Origin: a virus
Lineage: Duplodnaviria; Caudoviricetes
Virus record (IMG/VR): IMGVR_UViG_3300030372_002307
Location: 1 to 35,593 of that record
Length of the DNA: 35,593 nucleotides
Strand: one strand, 5' to 3'
This document shows, piece by piece, positions 18,377-26,505 of the stretch; the first letter of the stretch is position 1, and every line of letters begins with the position of its first letter. The position numbers were made by a program, and so were the translations under genes. The notes below the pieces were generated by a model, which ran no database searches, was not told where the DNA came from, and saw only the letters and a list, made by a program, of their open reading frames with translations.

Positions 18377-18507
18377 CAAAGAAAAAGAAGAAAACAAGAC
18401 AAACAACGTTAGACGAATTTGGTTTTGAATTTACAGAGCCAAAGGGGAAGAGCAAACAAAAAACATTGAAAGACTACGGGTTAGTTATAGAAGGAGAGGA
18501 AGAGTAA
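18373..18507 (+). CDS. 44-aa microprotein with two PIP-box-like motifs (not in ORF track)
   Basis: MTKKKKKTR-QTTLDEFG-FEFTEPKGKSK-QKTLKDYG-LVIEGEEE; GAGGAGG RBS, ATGA overlap with polB stop. Confidence 0.75.
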   Translation: MTKKKKKTRQTTLDEFGFEFTEPKGKSKQKTLKDYGLVIEGEEE

Positions 18508-18638
18508 TGGGTAAAAATTTAAACGCCGTTATCTGTAAAGAGTGCGAAGAAAACTTATGCTACTATGGTGCTAAGATTTGTACACCCTGTTTAGACGAAT
18601 TACTTTTCATGTACACAGGGATTAAGGTGAAACCATGA
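18507..18638 (+). CDS. 43-aa zinc-finger microprotein (not in ORF track)
   Basis: MGKNLNAVICKECEENLCYYGAKICTPCLDELLFMYTGIKVKP; overlaps both neighbours. Confidence 0.65.
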   Translation: MGKNLNAVICKECEENLCYYGAKICTPCLDELLFMYTGIKVKP

Positions 18639-18823
18639 GTAGAATAGAAGATGAAGTATGTGAGAAAATCAAAGCACGCTCTGACGTAGGTAAGCAGAAG
18701 TATGGAGTTACTATGGAAGATGAAGAACTTTCACGTCTAGCGTGGCTTATACATGCACAAGAAGAGGCGATGGACTTAGCGGTGTACCTACAGAAGTTGA
18801 TTGAGATGGAGGAAGGTGGATGA
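18635..18823 (+). CDS. Small all-alpha MazG-like NTP pyrophosphohydrolase-type protein
   Basis: R...G..KYG...W..HAQEEAMDLAVYL pattern. Confidence 0.6.
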   Translation: MSRIEDEVCEKIKARSDVGKQKYGVTMEDEELSRLAWLIHAQEEAMDLAVYLQKLIEMEEGG

Positions 18824-19836
18824 GATTCAATCCTAATGATGAGAGAGAAAGCGTATACCCAAACGAAGAAATGAAGGAGTCTTACGAGAAGAGTTGTTAT
18901 AATTGGCAACCCACTATGGAAGATAAAATATTACGTGTAACTAAATCATCTTTAGGTACTTTTGAATTCTGCCCATTACAATATTATCATCAAAACGTTT
19001 TAGGTATACGTGGTGAACAAAAAGACTATCACATACGGGGTAGTAATATCCACGATGCTATAGAATGGTATTGGAAGGAAAGTAGAGATTATATGGATGG
19101 TGCTTTAAAATTATTAGAAAAAGGTGACAAAGAATCTGCTAGAATGCGGTTGAGAAAAGCCATACCTGAACCACCCGAACCTTATGTGTACGGGGAGAAA
19201 GCACAGATATTGAAGTATACAGACTGGATGTTTGAAAGATTATTAAACATAGATGAAAACATTATAGAAGATTGGTATCCAATTGGTAATGAAGCAGAAA
19301 TTCATGCCACTAGAACTGTCACGGCAAGTGATGGTACAGTTGTCCCTATACACATGAAAGGTTTCATAGATAGAATGTTCAGAGATGATGATGGTAAAGG
19401 AGTTGTACTGATGGAATTAAAATCAGGTAAGTACACTAAATATAAACCTAAAGCCATGAGAACTGAAATGCAATTCTATAGAATGATGTTAGAACACAGT
19501 TCCTACCTAGAGTATACACCCGTGGTCGCTTGGGCATGGGCGTATCCCGGGGGAGGTATTAACGGTGGAGATGGGCCTAAATTTTTCTACGAAAGCGTCC
19601 ATGGTAGAGGACCAACACTAGCGCCCAAAAGAGTTGAAAAGAATTTAGTGAAATTAGTAGATGCTCATTTAAAAAATGAATGGGACACTAAGCATAATAA
19701 ATCTTGTAGTGATTTTTGTAATCATGAAAAAATTTGTTTACCTTATTGTGATTTTGTAGATGTATGTCCTGCTTGGACAGGAGAATGTTACGCTCCTGAT
19801 TACACAATTTTTAAGGGGGGAGAAAATGACACCTAG
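18820..19836 (+). CDS. PD-(D/E)XK RecB/Cas4-like exonuclease
   Basis: CPLQY, GSNIH, GFIDR, ELKSG, QFY, C-terminal Cys cluster. Confidence 0.85.
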   Translation: MRFNPNDERESVYPNEEMKESYEKSCYNWQPTMEDKILRVTKSSLGTFEFCPLQYYHQNVLGIRGEQKDYHIRGSNIHDAIEWYWKESRDYMDGALKLLEKGDKESARMRLRKAIPEPPEPYVYGEKAQILKYTDWMFERLLNIDENIIEDWYPIGNEAEIHATRTVTASDGTVVPIHMKGFIDRMFRDDDGKGVVLMELKSGKYTKYKPKAMRTEMQFYRMMLEHSSYLEYTPVVAWAWAYPGGGINGGDGPKFFYESVHGRGPTLAPKRVEKNLVKLVDAHLKNEWDTKHNKSCSDFCNHEKICLPYCDFVDVCPAWTGECYAPDYTIFKGGENDT

Positions 19837-20116
19837 TGGTTTAAACACAGTGAGAGTACTATTCAATGCCGCTATTAAATTAATTTATCCTAATTTAAGA
19901 GTGGAAATAGATACAGCGTTAATTGAAAAAGACATAATGTATACTCCTTTTAGAAAAAGAACACATGGTGAATTTGATAATTTACTGGGGGAGCGTTCTT
20001 CGGGATTACCATTTATACAAATTGTAATACACCCTAGAATGTTAAAACTACAAAGGGTGGAACAGACTCTTAAAGAAGTAGTTAAAAAATTACATGACTA
20101 TGTGGAGTGGAATTGA
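19826..20116 (+). CDS. Hypothetical protein
   Basis: Track ORF 19760-20116; ATG 19826 after GGGGGGAG preferred. Confidence 0.65.
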   Translation: MTPSGLNTVRVLFNAAIKLIYPNLRVEIDTALIEKDIMYTPFRKRTHGEFDNLLGERSSGLPFIQIVIHPRMLKLQRVEQTLKEVVKKLHDYVEWN

Positions 20117-21222
20117 TGGGTTTCATACAATTAGATTTTCCTAGAGAGGTATTAGAAATAGGCTCTAATGGTCAACAAGGCGGAAGGTATTGTGTTAAAA
20201 ATTGGAATGAATTAGAAAGATACTGGAAAGGTAAAAACGGTTGCGGTAACGTATACTTCACGGCATATGGATATCGTGCCACAAAGCCACCAAGAAATCA
20301 TAGAGTAGATTATGACACACCCATCATTCGTCATTTTGTCATGGATTTTGATTGTAAAGACTTTAAGAGAAAGGCCATAGATGTTGATTTTAATTTTATG
20401 CATGAACAAGTTAAAAGATTACATAAGTATTTTTTAGACAACGAAGTGAGACACTTCATATGGTTTAGTGGTGGAGGTTTTCATTTTTGGATGCCGCTAA
20501 GTAAAACACACACCCCTAGTGATGGTTTTACCATAGCACGTATTAAAGAGGGAGGGAGGAAGTTGATATCTAAACTACATAAAGAATTAGATTTATCTTG
20601 TAACGACCCGACTGTTGCTTTCGATACATCGGGTATGATACGTATACCCAATTCATACAACAGTAAGCGTGGTTGTTGGAGTATACCCTTAACATCAAAT
20701 GAGGTGTTAAATTTAACACATGATGGTTTTATGGAATTAGCACAAGGACCTAGAACAGGATATATTGAACACAAAGGGGGCGATATTAAAATTACAGTTC
20801 CCGATAGAAAAAACCCATTTAACCGTAAAATAGCAAAAGTAGAATCTTTACCCGATATAACATTAGACGACATCATTGTTTTACCATGTTTAGCACAAGC
20901 GGCTCTAGGTGAAGGTAATCCAACTCATAAAGCAAGATTTCATTTAGCATCTTATTTAGCGGCTAGATTTAGATGGTTTTTTCCTCCCGAAGCGGTGTCT
21001 AATGAAGATAAAGAAAAACATGTGGAACGTATAATAGATATTATCGAACAACAAGGTTGGGTAGATTACAAAGAACATGTCACTAGAACACAAGTAGAGA
21101 ACATAGTTTTCGGTGGTTCTAAAAATAATGGATACACAGCGGCTACCTGCGCCACGTTAGAGTACGATGGTCTTTGCATAGGAAGATGTCAGTATTTTGA
21201 TAATAGTATAAAGGTTGATTAA
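20116..21222 (+). CDS. Archaeo-eukaryotic primase, PriS catalytic domain fused to PriL C-terminal Fe-S domain
   Basis: DFD, SGGGFH, RIPNSYN; then LPCL...H..RF.LA.YL...Y...TC......LC...C. Confidence 0.88.
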   Translation: MGFIQLDFPREVLEIGSNGQQGGRYCVKNWNELERYWKGKNGCGNVYFTAYGYRATKPPRNHRVDYDTPIIRHFVMDFDCKDFKRKAIDVDFNFMHEQVKRLHKYFLDNEVRHFIWFSGGGFHFWMPLSKTHTPSDGFTIARIKEGGRKLISKLHKELDLSCNDPTVAFDTSGMIRIPNSYNSKRGCWSIPLTSNEVLNLTHDGFMELAQGPRTGYIEHKGGDIKITVPDRKNPFNRKIAKVESLPDITLDDIIVLPCLAQAALGEGNPTHKARFHLASYLAARFRWFFPPEAVSNEDKEKHVERIIDIIEQQGWVDYKEHVTRTQVENIVFGGSKNNGYTAATCATLEYDGLCIGRCQYFDNSIKVD

Positions 21223-21223
21223 A

Positions 21224-21499
21224 ATGAACATAAAAAAGAATTTAAAATTAAGAAAAAGGATAGCAAGAGTTTTCATTGAAAATAATTTAGAAATATTATC
21301 AACTAGAGAAATTAGAGATAAACTAACTGACCAAATCACTGTAACGGGTAAAAGATATTCTGTTCAACCACCCATTACCCAACTCAGTAATGTTTTAAGA
21401 TTTTATAATGAATTCGAAATGTTAACTGGGGGTAGAGATGGTAATAGACACGAAATCGCTACATGGAAATTAACAGATGAAGGTAGGAGTTTAGTATGA
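21224..21499 (+). CDS. Small winged-helix DNA-binding protein, paralog 2
   Basis: LRKRI...LSTREI...PPITQLSNVL...EF...W; start at 21215 or 21224. Confidence 0.6.
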   Translation: MNIKKNLKLRKRIARVFIENNLEILSTREIRDKLTDQITVTGKRYSVQPPITQLSNVLRFYNEFEMLTGGRDGNRHEIATWKLTDEGRSLV

Positions 21500-22197
21500 G
21501 AAAACCCGACCTTATCATAGATAGCAACGAAAGAGGCTCTTTGTATGAATCTGTAAAAAAGAAAGCATCCAAAGTAGGATTAAACATTAATCATCAACCT
21601 TTAGTTGTCGGGGATTATCTACTAGGTGCTGCTTGTGTGGAAGCAAAATCAGTAACAGACCTCATACAATCAGCGTACAGTGGACATCTATGGAGACAAC
21701 TAGAAAATTTAGATGCGAACTATCAAAGATTTTTTGTTGTCGTACACGGTTCAATAGCACAACATATTAAATTAATAAAACAAAGAACAGGTAAGACATT
21801 ACCTGTATCTAAAATACATAGTAACTTCTTAGGTATATTAGCAAGAATCATGTCCGACTTTGAATGCCAAGTATTCTATACCCCACAACTTAGTGAGGCG
21901 GCAACATTCATAGTCAAACTACACGATAAATTACACAAACCAGCATCGAGACACGGTGCTTTGACTATTAGGAGAGTATCTACTAATGATGTAAGATTAG
22001 ATGTATTACTATCAATACCGGGGATAGGGCGTGAATTAGCAGAGAGATTATTAGAAACATGCGGTAGTTTAGAAGAAATGATGTATCCTGAATCATTAAA
22101 GAAAGTCAAAGGGTTGGGAGACAAAAGAAGACAATTAATCATAGAGGTTCTAACTAAAGAAGAGCCTGTGCATATTCAAAGAAGGGTAAAAAGGTAG
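21496..22197 (+). CDS. ERCC4/XPF-family structure-specific nuclease with HhH2 domain
   Basis: IIDSNE, GDY, VEAKS..DL; IPGIG and VKGLG hairpins. Confidence 0.88.
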   Translation: MRKPDLIIDSNERGSLYESVKKKASKVGLNINHQPLVVGDYLLGAACVEAKSVTDLIQSAYSGHLWRQLENLDANYQRFFVVVHGSIAQHIKLIKQRTGKTLPVSKIHSNFLGILARIMSDFECQVFYTPQLSEAATFIVKLHDKLHKPASRHGALTIRRVSTNDVRLDVLLSIPGIGRELAERLLETCGSLEEMMYPESLKKVKGLGDKRRQLIIEVLTKEEPVHIQRRVKR

Positions 22198-22209
22198 TAT
22201 ATAAAGCAG
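22195..22209 (+). promoter_or_regulatory. Short variant of the promoter motif
   Basis: TAGTATATAAAGCAG, identical to 6695-6709. Confidence 0.55.
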
Positions 22210-22265
22210 CATCAATTCATATAATGGTTTGTTAAGTTTGTTAATTGTAGTGTTTTAACTATATG

Positions 22266-22293
22266 TTTATATATTGACCACTACTGGGGTCAA
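22266..22293 (+). promoter_or_regulatory. TATA box plus palindrome upstream of the helicase gene
   Basis: TTTATATA(22266-73) ends 24 nt before ATG 22297, no SD; TTGACC-N8-GGTCAA(22274-93). Confidence 0.55.
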
Positions 22294-22296
22294 ATT

Positions 22297-23700
22297 ATGA
22301 GAGTAGCAGAAGATTATTCAGCGGTAATGAAGTATCCTTTTCTGAAAGGGTATGTAGAGAGATTTGGGAAAGTGAGTATAGACAATGATATACCAGCGTT
22401 GTTATCTTTCTTTTTCATACAAGGACAAATAGCGGCACCTTATGTTAGGATACCTTGGGATGCAAGTCATCTTGACCCTAGAGTACATGTGTTTTGGATT
22501 CAACCATCTAGGACAGGTAAGTCGATAGCATGGGAATTTGTTGGAGATGTATTGAAAGATTGTGGTATGAAGTATGATATGTATACTACAGGTTCTGATG
22601 CAGGACTTGTAGGTGGTGTCACTAGCGAAGTACAAGTCAATGACCAAGGAAAGAAAGAACAAGTATCTGTTGAAACAGAAGGTATGTTGGGTGGACAGAA
22701 AGCATTGAACTTTGATGAAGGTTCAATTATTCTAAACCCCGGTAAACACAGTCAAGAAACTGTATTGTATTTACAATCAGCGTGTAACCCCATTGGTAGT
22801 AACAGTAACATCTTAGTGAAGCATCTAAGTGGTAGAAGGATAGAAACCGAGTCACTTGTGTCTTTGTGGATTACAACATATCCACCAGCAGGTGTTAAAG
22901 AATATGTATTAACAAAGGGTATTTTCCAACGTGTTTTACTATATTGGTCCGATTGGGATATGGATAGACGTATGAACGTAAGTATGAGACGTATGGAAAA
23001 AGCATTTACTAAAGATGATGGTAACAAAATTTCATACGAACAAATCACAGGATATTTTATAGATTTAGAAAAGCGTTTACGCAATCGTATTCTTGATTTA
23101 AGTGAGACATCATTTGTTGAATGGGACCAAATGCCTCGTGAAGAGCAGGAAGATGTTGTTCAATCTGTCATGCATGAAATGTTTACAGTAGATGATTCAT
23201 TTAGGGCAGCAGTGTATGATGTGGTAGAGGATTTCTATTCATTACTAGATGAATTAAATTTCGCTATTGCTAATGTCGTATCATCGTTCTTACCAGCCAT
23301 GGAGAATTATTCAGTTATATTAGCAACACACTTGGCTATGATGGATGAGACTTGGACTGTAACAGGTGAACACTTAGATATGGCTAAAGATATAATATAC
23401 GATTTATTTAAGAATCTAATTTTATGGTTAGAAGGAGAAGTAGAAGTTGGTGCTAAAACTGCTGAAAAAGCAAATAACAAGAAGTTATGGATGGAATCAT
23501 ATAACTCAGTATCACCAGTTGAACTTGATAAAAGAGGAGAAGGTTGGTGTAAAAAATCATCTATGATTAAACATTATATGAAAGTTCAACATGTAACTCG
23601 TCCTACTGCCTTCAACAGATTTAATAAATGGGCCGCTCACCTATTTGATACAGCGAAAGATGGAACAGTAGTTTATCTGAGATTAAAGGAGGACGTATAA
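22297..23700 (+). CDS. Divergent MCM-like AAA+ helicase
   Basis: HVFWIQPSRTGKS, TTGSDAGLVG, FDEG, IFQR; lacks the large MCM N-terminal domain; possible C-terminal wHTH. Confidence 0.65.
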   Translation: MRVAEDYSAVMKYPFLKGYVERFGKVSIDNDIPALLSFFFIQGQIAAPYVRIPWDASHLDPRVHVFWIQPSRTGKSIAWEFVGDVLKDCGMKYDMYTTGSDAGLVGGVTSEVQVNDQGKKEQVSVETEGMLGGQKALNFDEGSIILNPGKHSQETVLYLQSACNPIGSNSNILVKHLSGRRIETESLVSLWITTYPPAGVKEYVLTKGIFQRVLLYWSDWDMDRRMNVSMRRMEKAFTKDDGNKISYEQITGYFIDLEKRLRNRILDLSETSFVEWDQMPREEQEDVVQSVMHEMFTVDDSFRAAVYDVVEDFYSLLDELNFAIANVVSSFLPAMENYSVILATHLAMMDETWTVTGEHLDMAKDIIYDLFKNLILWLEGEVEVGAKTAEKANNKKLWMESYNSVSPVELDKRGEGWCKKSSMIKHYMKVQHVTRPTAFNRFNKWAAHLFDTAKDGTVVYLRLKEDV

Positions 23701-24308
23701 TGAGTGACGTAATGGCATTGGATATAGAAACAGGTAACTACTCTTGGGAGATAGGAGGTTGGGATAAACACAGCCTCTTTGAACCCACAGTGGTTGCTAC
23801 ATGGGATGGTACAGATGCACATGTGTTCTCTAAGGAAGACATAGATATGGATGGCGCAACAGTCCATCCTTTACATCCAAGAGATTTAGGTGAACACTTA
23901 GAGAAACACTTAGAGTCAGGTGGTGTCATACTAGGGCATAACATTCGTAGTTTTGATTTACCCGTCTTAAACGCAGCATTAGATTGTAAAGCGGCAGGAG
24001 ACCTGATGAGTAAGTCTGAAAATATAATCGATACTAAGTTGCTAGTTAATAAAGCAGCATTATCTTTTGGAGACGTGGCGACAAGTTTAGAGTATTTATG
24101 TCGTACAACTTTAGATGTAGGTAAGTCGATGACTAGTAGTGATGCACCTAAAGCATGGAGAGAAGGTAAATATAATGAAGTAGCAGATTACTGCTTGAAA
24201 GATTCAAAATTAACATATGATTTGTATATGTATGGAAAAGAAAATGGGATAGTTAAATCTCGTAAAATGGATACGGGAGAAGTAATAGAAATAATGGTGG
24301 AATGGTAA
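23700..24308 (+). CDS. DEDD (DnaQ-like/RNase H fold) 3'-5' exonuclease
   Basis: [21 protein letters not shown]. Confidence 0.85.
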   Translation: MSDVMALDIETGNYSWEIGGWDKHSLFEPTVVATWDGTDAHVFSKEDIDMDGATVHPLHPRDLGEHLEKHLESGGVILGHNIRSFDLPVLNAALDCKAAGDLMSKSENIIDTKLLVNKAALSFGDVATSLEYLCRTTLDVGKSMTSSDAPKAWREGKYNEVADYCLKDSKLTYDLYMYGKENGIVKSRKMDTGEVIEIMVEW

Positions 24309-24309
24309 A

Positions 24310-25794
24310 ATGGAAGAAAAGATACACAACGCACAAAGAATGAATATAGAAGCGATTAGGCGTATAGTCGATACTGTAAAGACGACACTAGGGCCTATGG
24401 GAATGGACAAAATGATGGTAGACGGCGGTGGTAACGTAATAGTTACCAACGATGGTGCTACTATTCTTAGAGAACTAGATAGCGCACATCCTGCGGCTAA
24501 AATGATAGTAGAAGTTTCTAAGATGCAAGAGATGAATTGTCACGATGGTACTACTAGTACAGTAGTATTGGCGGGTAAATTACTATCTAATGCTGAGAAT
24601 CTATTCAGTAAAGGGTTACATCCTAATGTAATAAACAAGGGTTACACTCACGCTGCTGAATTGGCTGTTAAAATTTTAGAAGAAAAGTATGGTATAAAAT
24701 GTGATGAAGAAAAGTTATCAGCGATAGCGAGAACCGCTATTACAGGTAAAACACTAGAAAGTTCAGAAGAACAAGTAGCACAACTATGTGTAGATACTAT
24801 ACAACAGGTGGGTAACGTAAGAGATGTTAGAGTCATAGCGGCACCCGGAGGAGCACTAAGCGACTCTTATCTGTTCAACGGTGTAGTAGTTAACAGAGAT
24901 TTTGTAGAAGCAGATGATATAGAATCACTAGGTGGTAGCACTATATTGTTACTCAATGGTGGTTTAGAAGAGCAAAAAGAAAACACCAACATGCAAGTAC
25001 AAGTTGATGCTGCTTCATATAAAACTCTTAAAAACGCAGATAGAGAACATATGTTAGATAGAGCAAAAATGATTGTAAAATCAGGCACTAACTTGGTTAT
25101 TGTACGAGATGGAGTACATGATACAGTAGTTTCTTATCTACGTAAGAATGGAATATTAGTAATCCGTAGAGTTCAAGAAAGTATCATGAGGGCTTTGAGT
25201 AAAGAGTTATCATCAGAAATCTATAGTGTACCTGAAGATAACATGGACTGTGTGTCCGCTTTTGTACAAAGAAAAAGATTCAATGACGTTCCTTACATAT
25301 TTGTAACTTGTACTAAAGAAGAAGCAACTTTAATTTTATTCGGCGCTACACAATCAACACTTGATGAAGTACAACGTGGATTTGATGATGCACTAGGTGT
25401 GGTTTCTCTTGTTCAAAATGGAGATAACATATGCTATGGAGGTGGAGTTACTTACCTCTCCTTAGCAGGTGAGTTGAGAAATCAAGCATCATCTATAGGC
25501 GGTAGAGCACAAATGGCTATAGAAGCATTCGCAGAATCACTAGAGGCTATACCCGCTACTATAGCAGAAAACGCAGGACATGATGCTTTGGATACAGTGT
25601 TGGCTATGAGACATGCTAACAAAGAAGATAATTGTTATGGACCAAATGTTAACGCAGGTGGTATTGTATCAATGAAAGAGTTGAATGTCTACGAACCTAT
25701 GAGTTTAATCAAACATGCTATCCAAGGTGCAACAGAAGTTACATCCGCTATCTTACGTATCGATGATGTCATTGGTCGTAGGCCGGTGGAGTAA
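24310..25794 (+). CDS. ths: Group II chaperonin (thermosome subunit)
   Basis: [47 protein letters not shown]. Confidence 0.95.
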   Translation: MEEKIHNAQRMNIEAIRRIVDTVKTTLGPMGMDKMMVDGGGNVIVTNDGATILRELDSAHPAAKMIVEVSKMQEMNCHDGTTSTVVLAGKLLSNAENLFSKGLHPNVINKGYTHAAELAVKILEEKYGIKCDEEKLSAIARTAITGKTLESSEEQVAQLCVDTIQQVGNVRDVRVIAAPGGALSDSYLFNGVVVNRDFVEADDIESLGGSTILLLNGGLEEQKENTNMQVQVDAASYKTLKNADREHMLDRAKMIVKSGTNLVIVRDGVHDTVVSYLRKNGILVIRRVQESIMRALSKELSSEIYSVPEDNMDCVSAFVQRKRFNDVPYIFVTCTKEEATLILFGATQSTLDEVQRGFDDALGVVSLVQNGDNICYGGGVTYLSLAGELRNQASSIGGRAQMAIEAFAESLEAIPATIAENAGHDALDTVLAMRHANKEDNCYGPNVNAGGIVSMKELNVYEPMSLIKHAIQGATEVTSAILRIDDVIGRRPVE

Positions 25795-25979
25795 TGGGTA
25801 GATTACTAGATAGATTGAAAGTAACTTGTAGACAGTGTTTACACGAACACATACCTAGAAGAATACGTGGTAGGTTTTTGGACGGTGAAAAAGAGAGAGT
25901 AAATCTATGGGTTTGTAAAGAATGTGGATATATTTGGATTGACTCTGCTTTTAAGAAAAAACCGCCAACGCAAAGGTAG
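25794..25979 (+). CDS. Small zinc-ribbon protein
   Basis: CRQC...CKECG; TAATG overlap. Confidence 0.7.
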   Translation: MGRLLDRLKVTCRQCLHEHIPRRIRGRFLDGEKERVNLWVCKECGYIWIDSAFKKKPPTQR

Positions 25980-26012
25980 GGGTAGAAGGGGTATGTTTGG
26001 GTAAAACTGCAC

Positions 26013-26023
26013 TTTTGTTTTTT
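26013..26023 (+). terminator. Putative archaeal oligo-T terminator at the convergence of the two gene blocks
   Basis: TTTTGTTTTTT just after the last + strand gene. Confidence 0.4.
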
Positions 26024-26505
26024 CAAGTTCCTCTAATGTCAAACTCTACAGATGGAGCAGTAGAACTCCCCCCTGAATTACTACCTTCATATTCAACCTC
26101 TATTCTATAAGCACTCCTAGCCACAGTACCTATCTCTACAGTGCCATTTGTATAATTAGCAGAACTACCCGTTGTGTTAGTTAAAGTTGCGCTCGGACCT
26201 GTATTCTGAGATAAAGTCCAACTATGTGTGGTAGCGGCCCCACCGCTACCTGTATTGCTGAAAGCCTTCACTGTAAGCGTAGGATTTGTACCACTAGTAA
26301 TAAAAAAACTATTACCATCGGCTATATTAAAATCAGTACCTGCTGAAAGTGTCCCACCGCTTCCATCGGGAATGTCTATGTCACAATTTAATGTAACTTG
26401 AGTAGGATTGTCGTTGATATCTAAAATTCTAAGACCAGCAGGTGCGTCTACAGATGCTGGAACAACAGCATAAGAATTGATTATAATAACACCCATATCA
26501 ATCAT
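26023..26505 (-). CDS. Putative tail-associated beta-rich protein
   Basis: 160 aa, S/T/G-rich, start overlaps the tail fibre stop. Confidence 0.65.
   Translation of the reverse strand: MIDMGVIIINSYAVVPASVDAPAGLRILDINDNPTQVTLNCDIDIPDGSGGTLSAGTDFNIADGNSFFITSGTNPTLTVKAFSNTGSGGAATTHSWTLSQNTGPSATLTNTTGSSANYTNGTVEIGTVARSAYRIEVEYEGSNSGGSSTAPSVEFDIRGT

Noticed and set aside
18820-19836. Cas4-like nuclease as part of a CRISPR-Cas system or casposon
   Set aside because: No cas1, other cas genes or array; solo Cas4/RecB-like nucleases are common in viral replication blocks
11867-23700. Inteins in RFC, PolB or the helicase
   Set aside because: Protein sizes are compact, the catalytic motifs are uninterrupted and no intein termini are visible
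1675-26026. Minus-strand ORFs within the + strand block
   Set aside because: They are antisense shadows of well-supported genes, with no recognisable motifs
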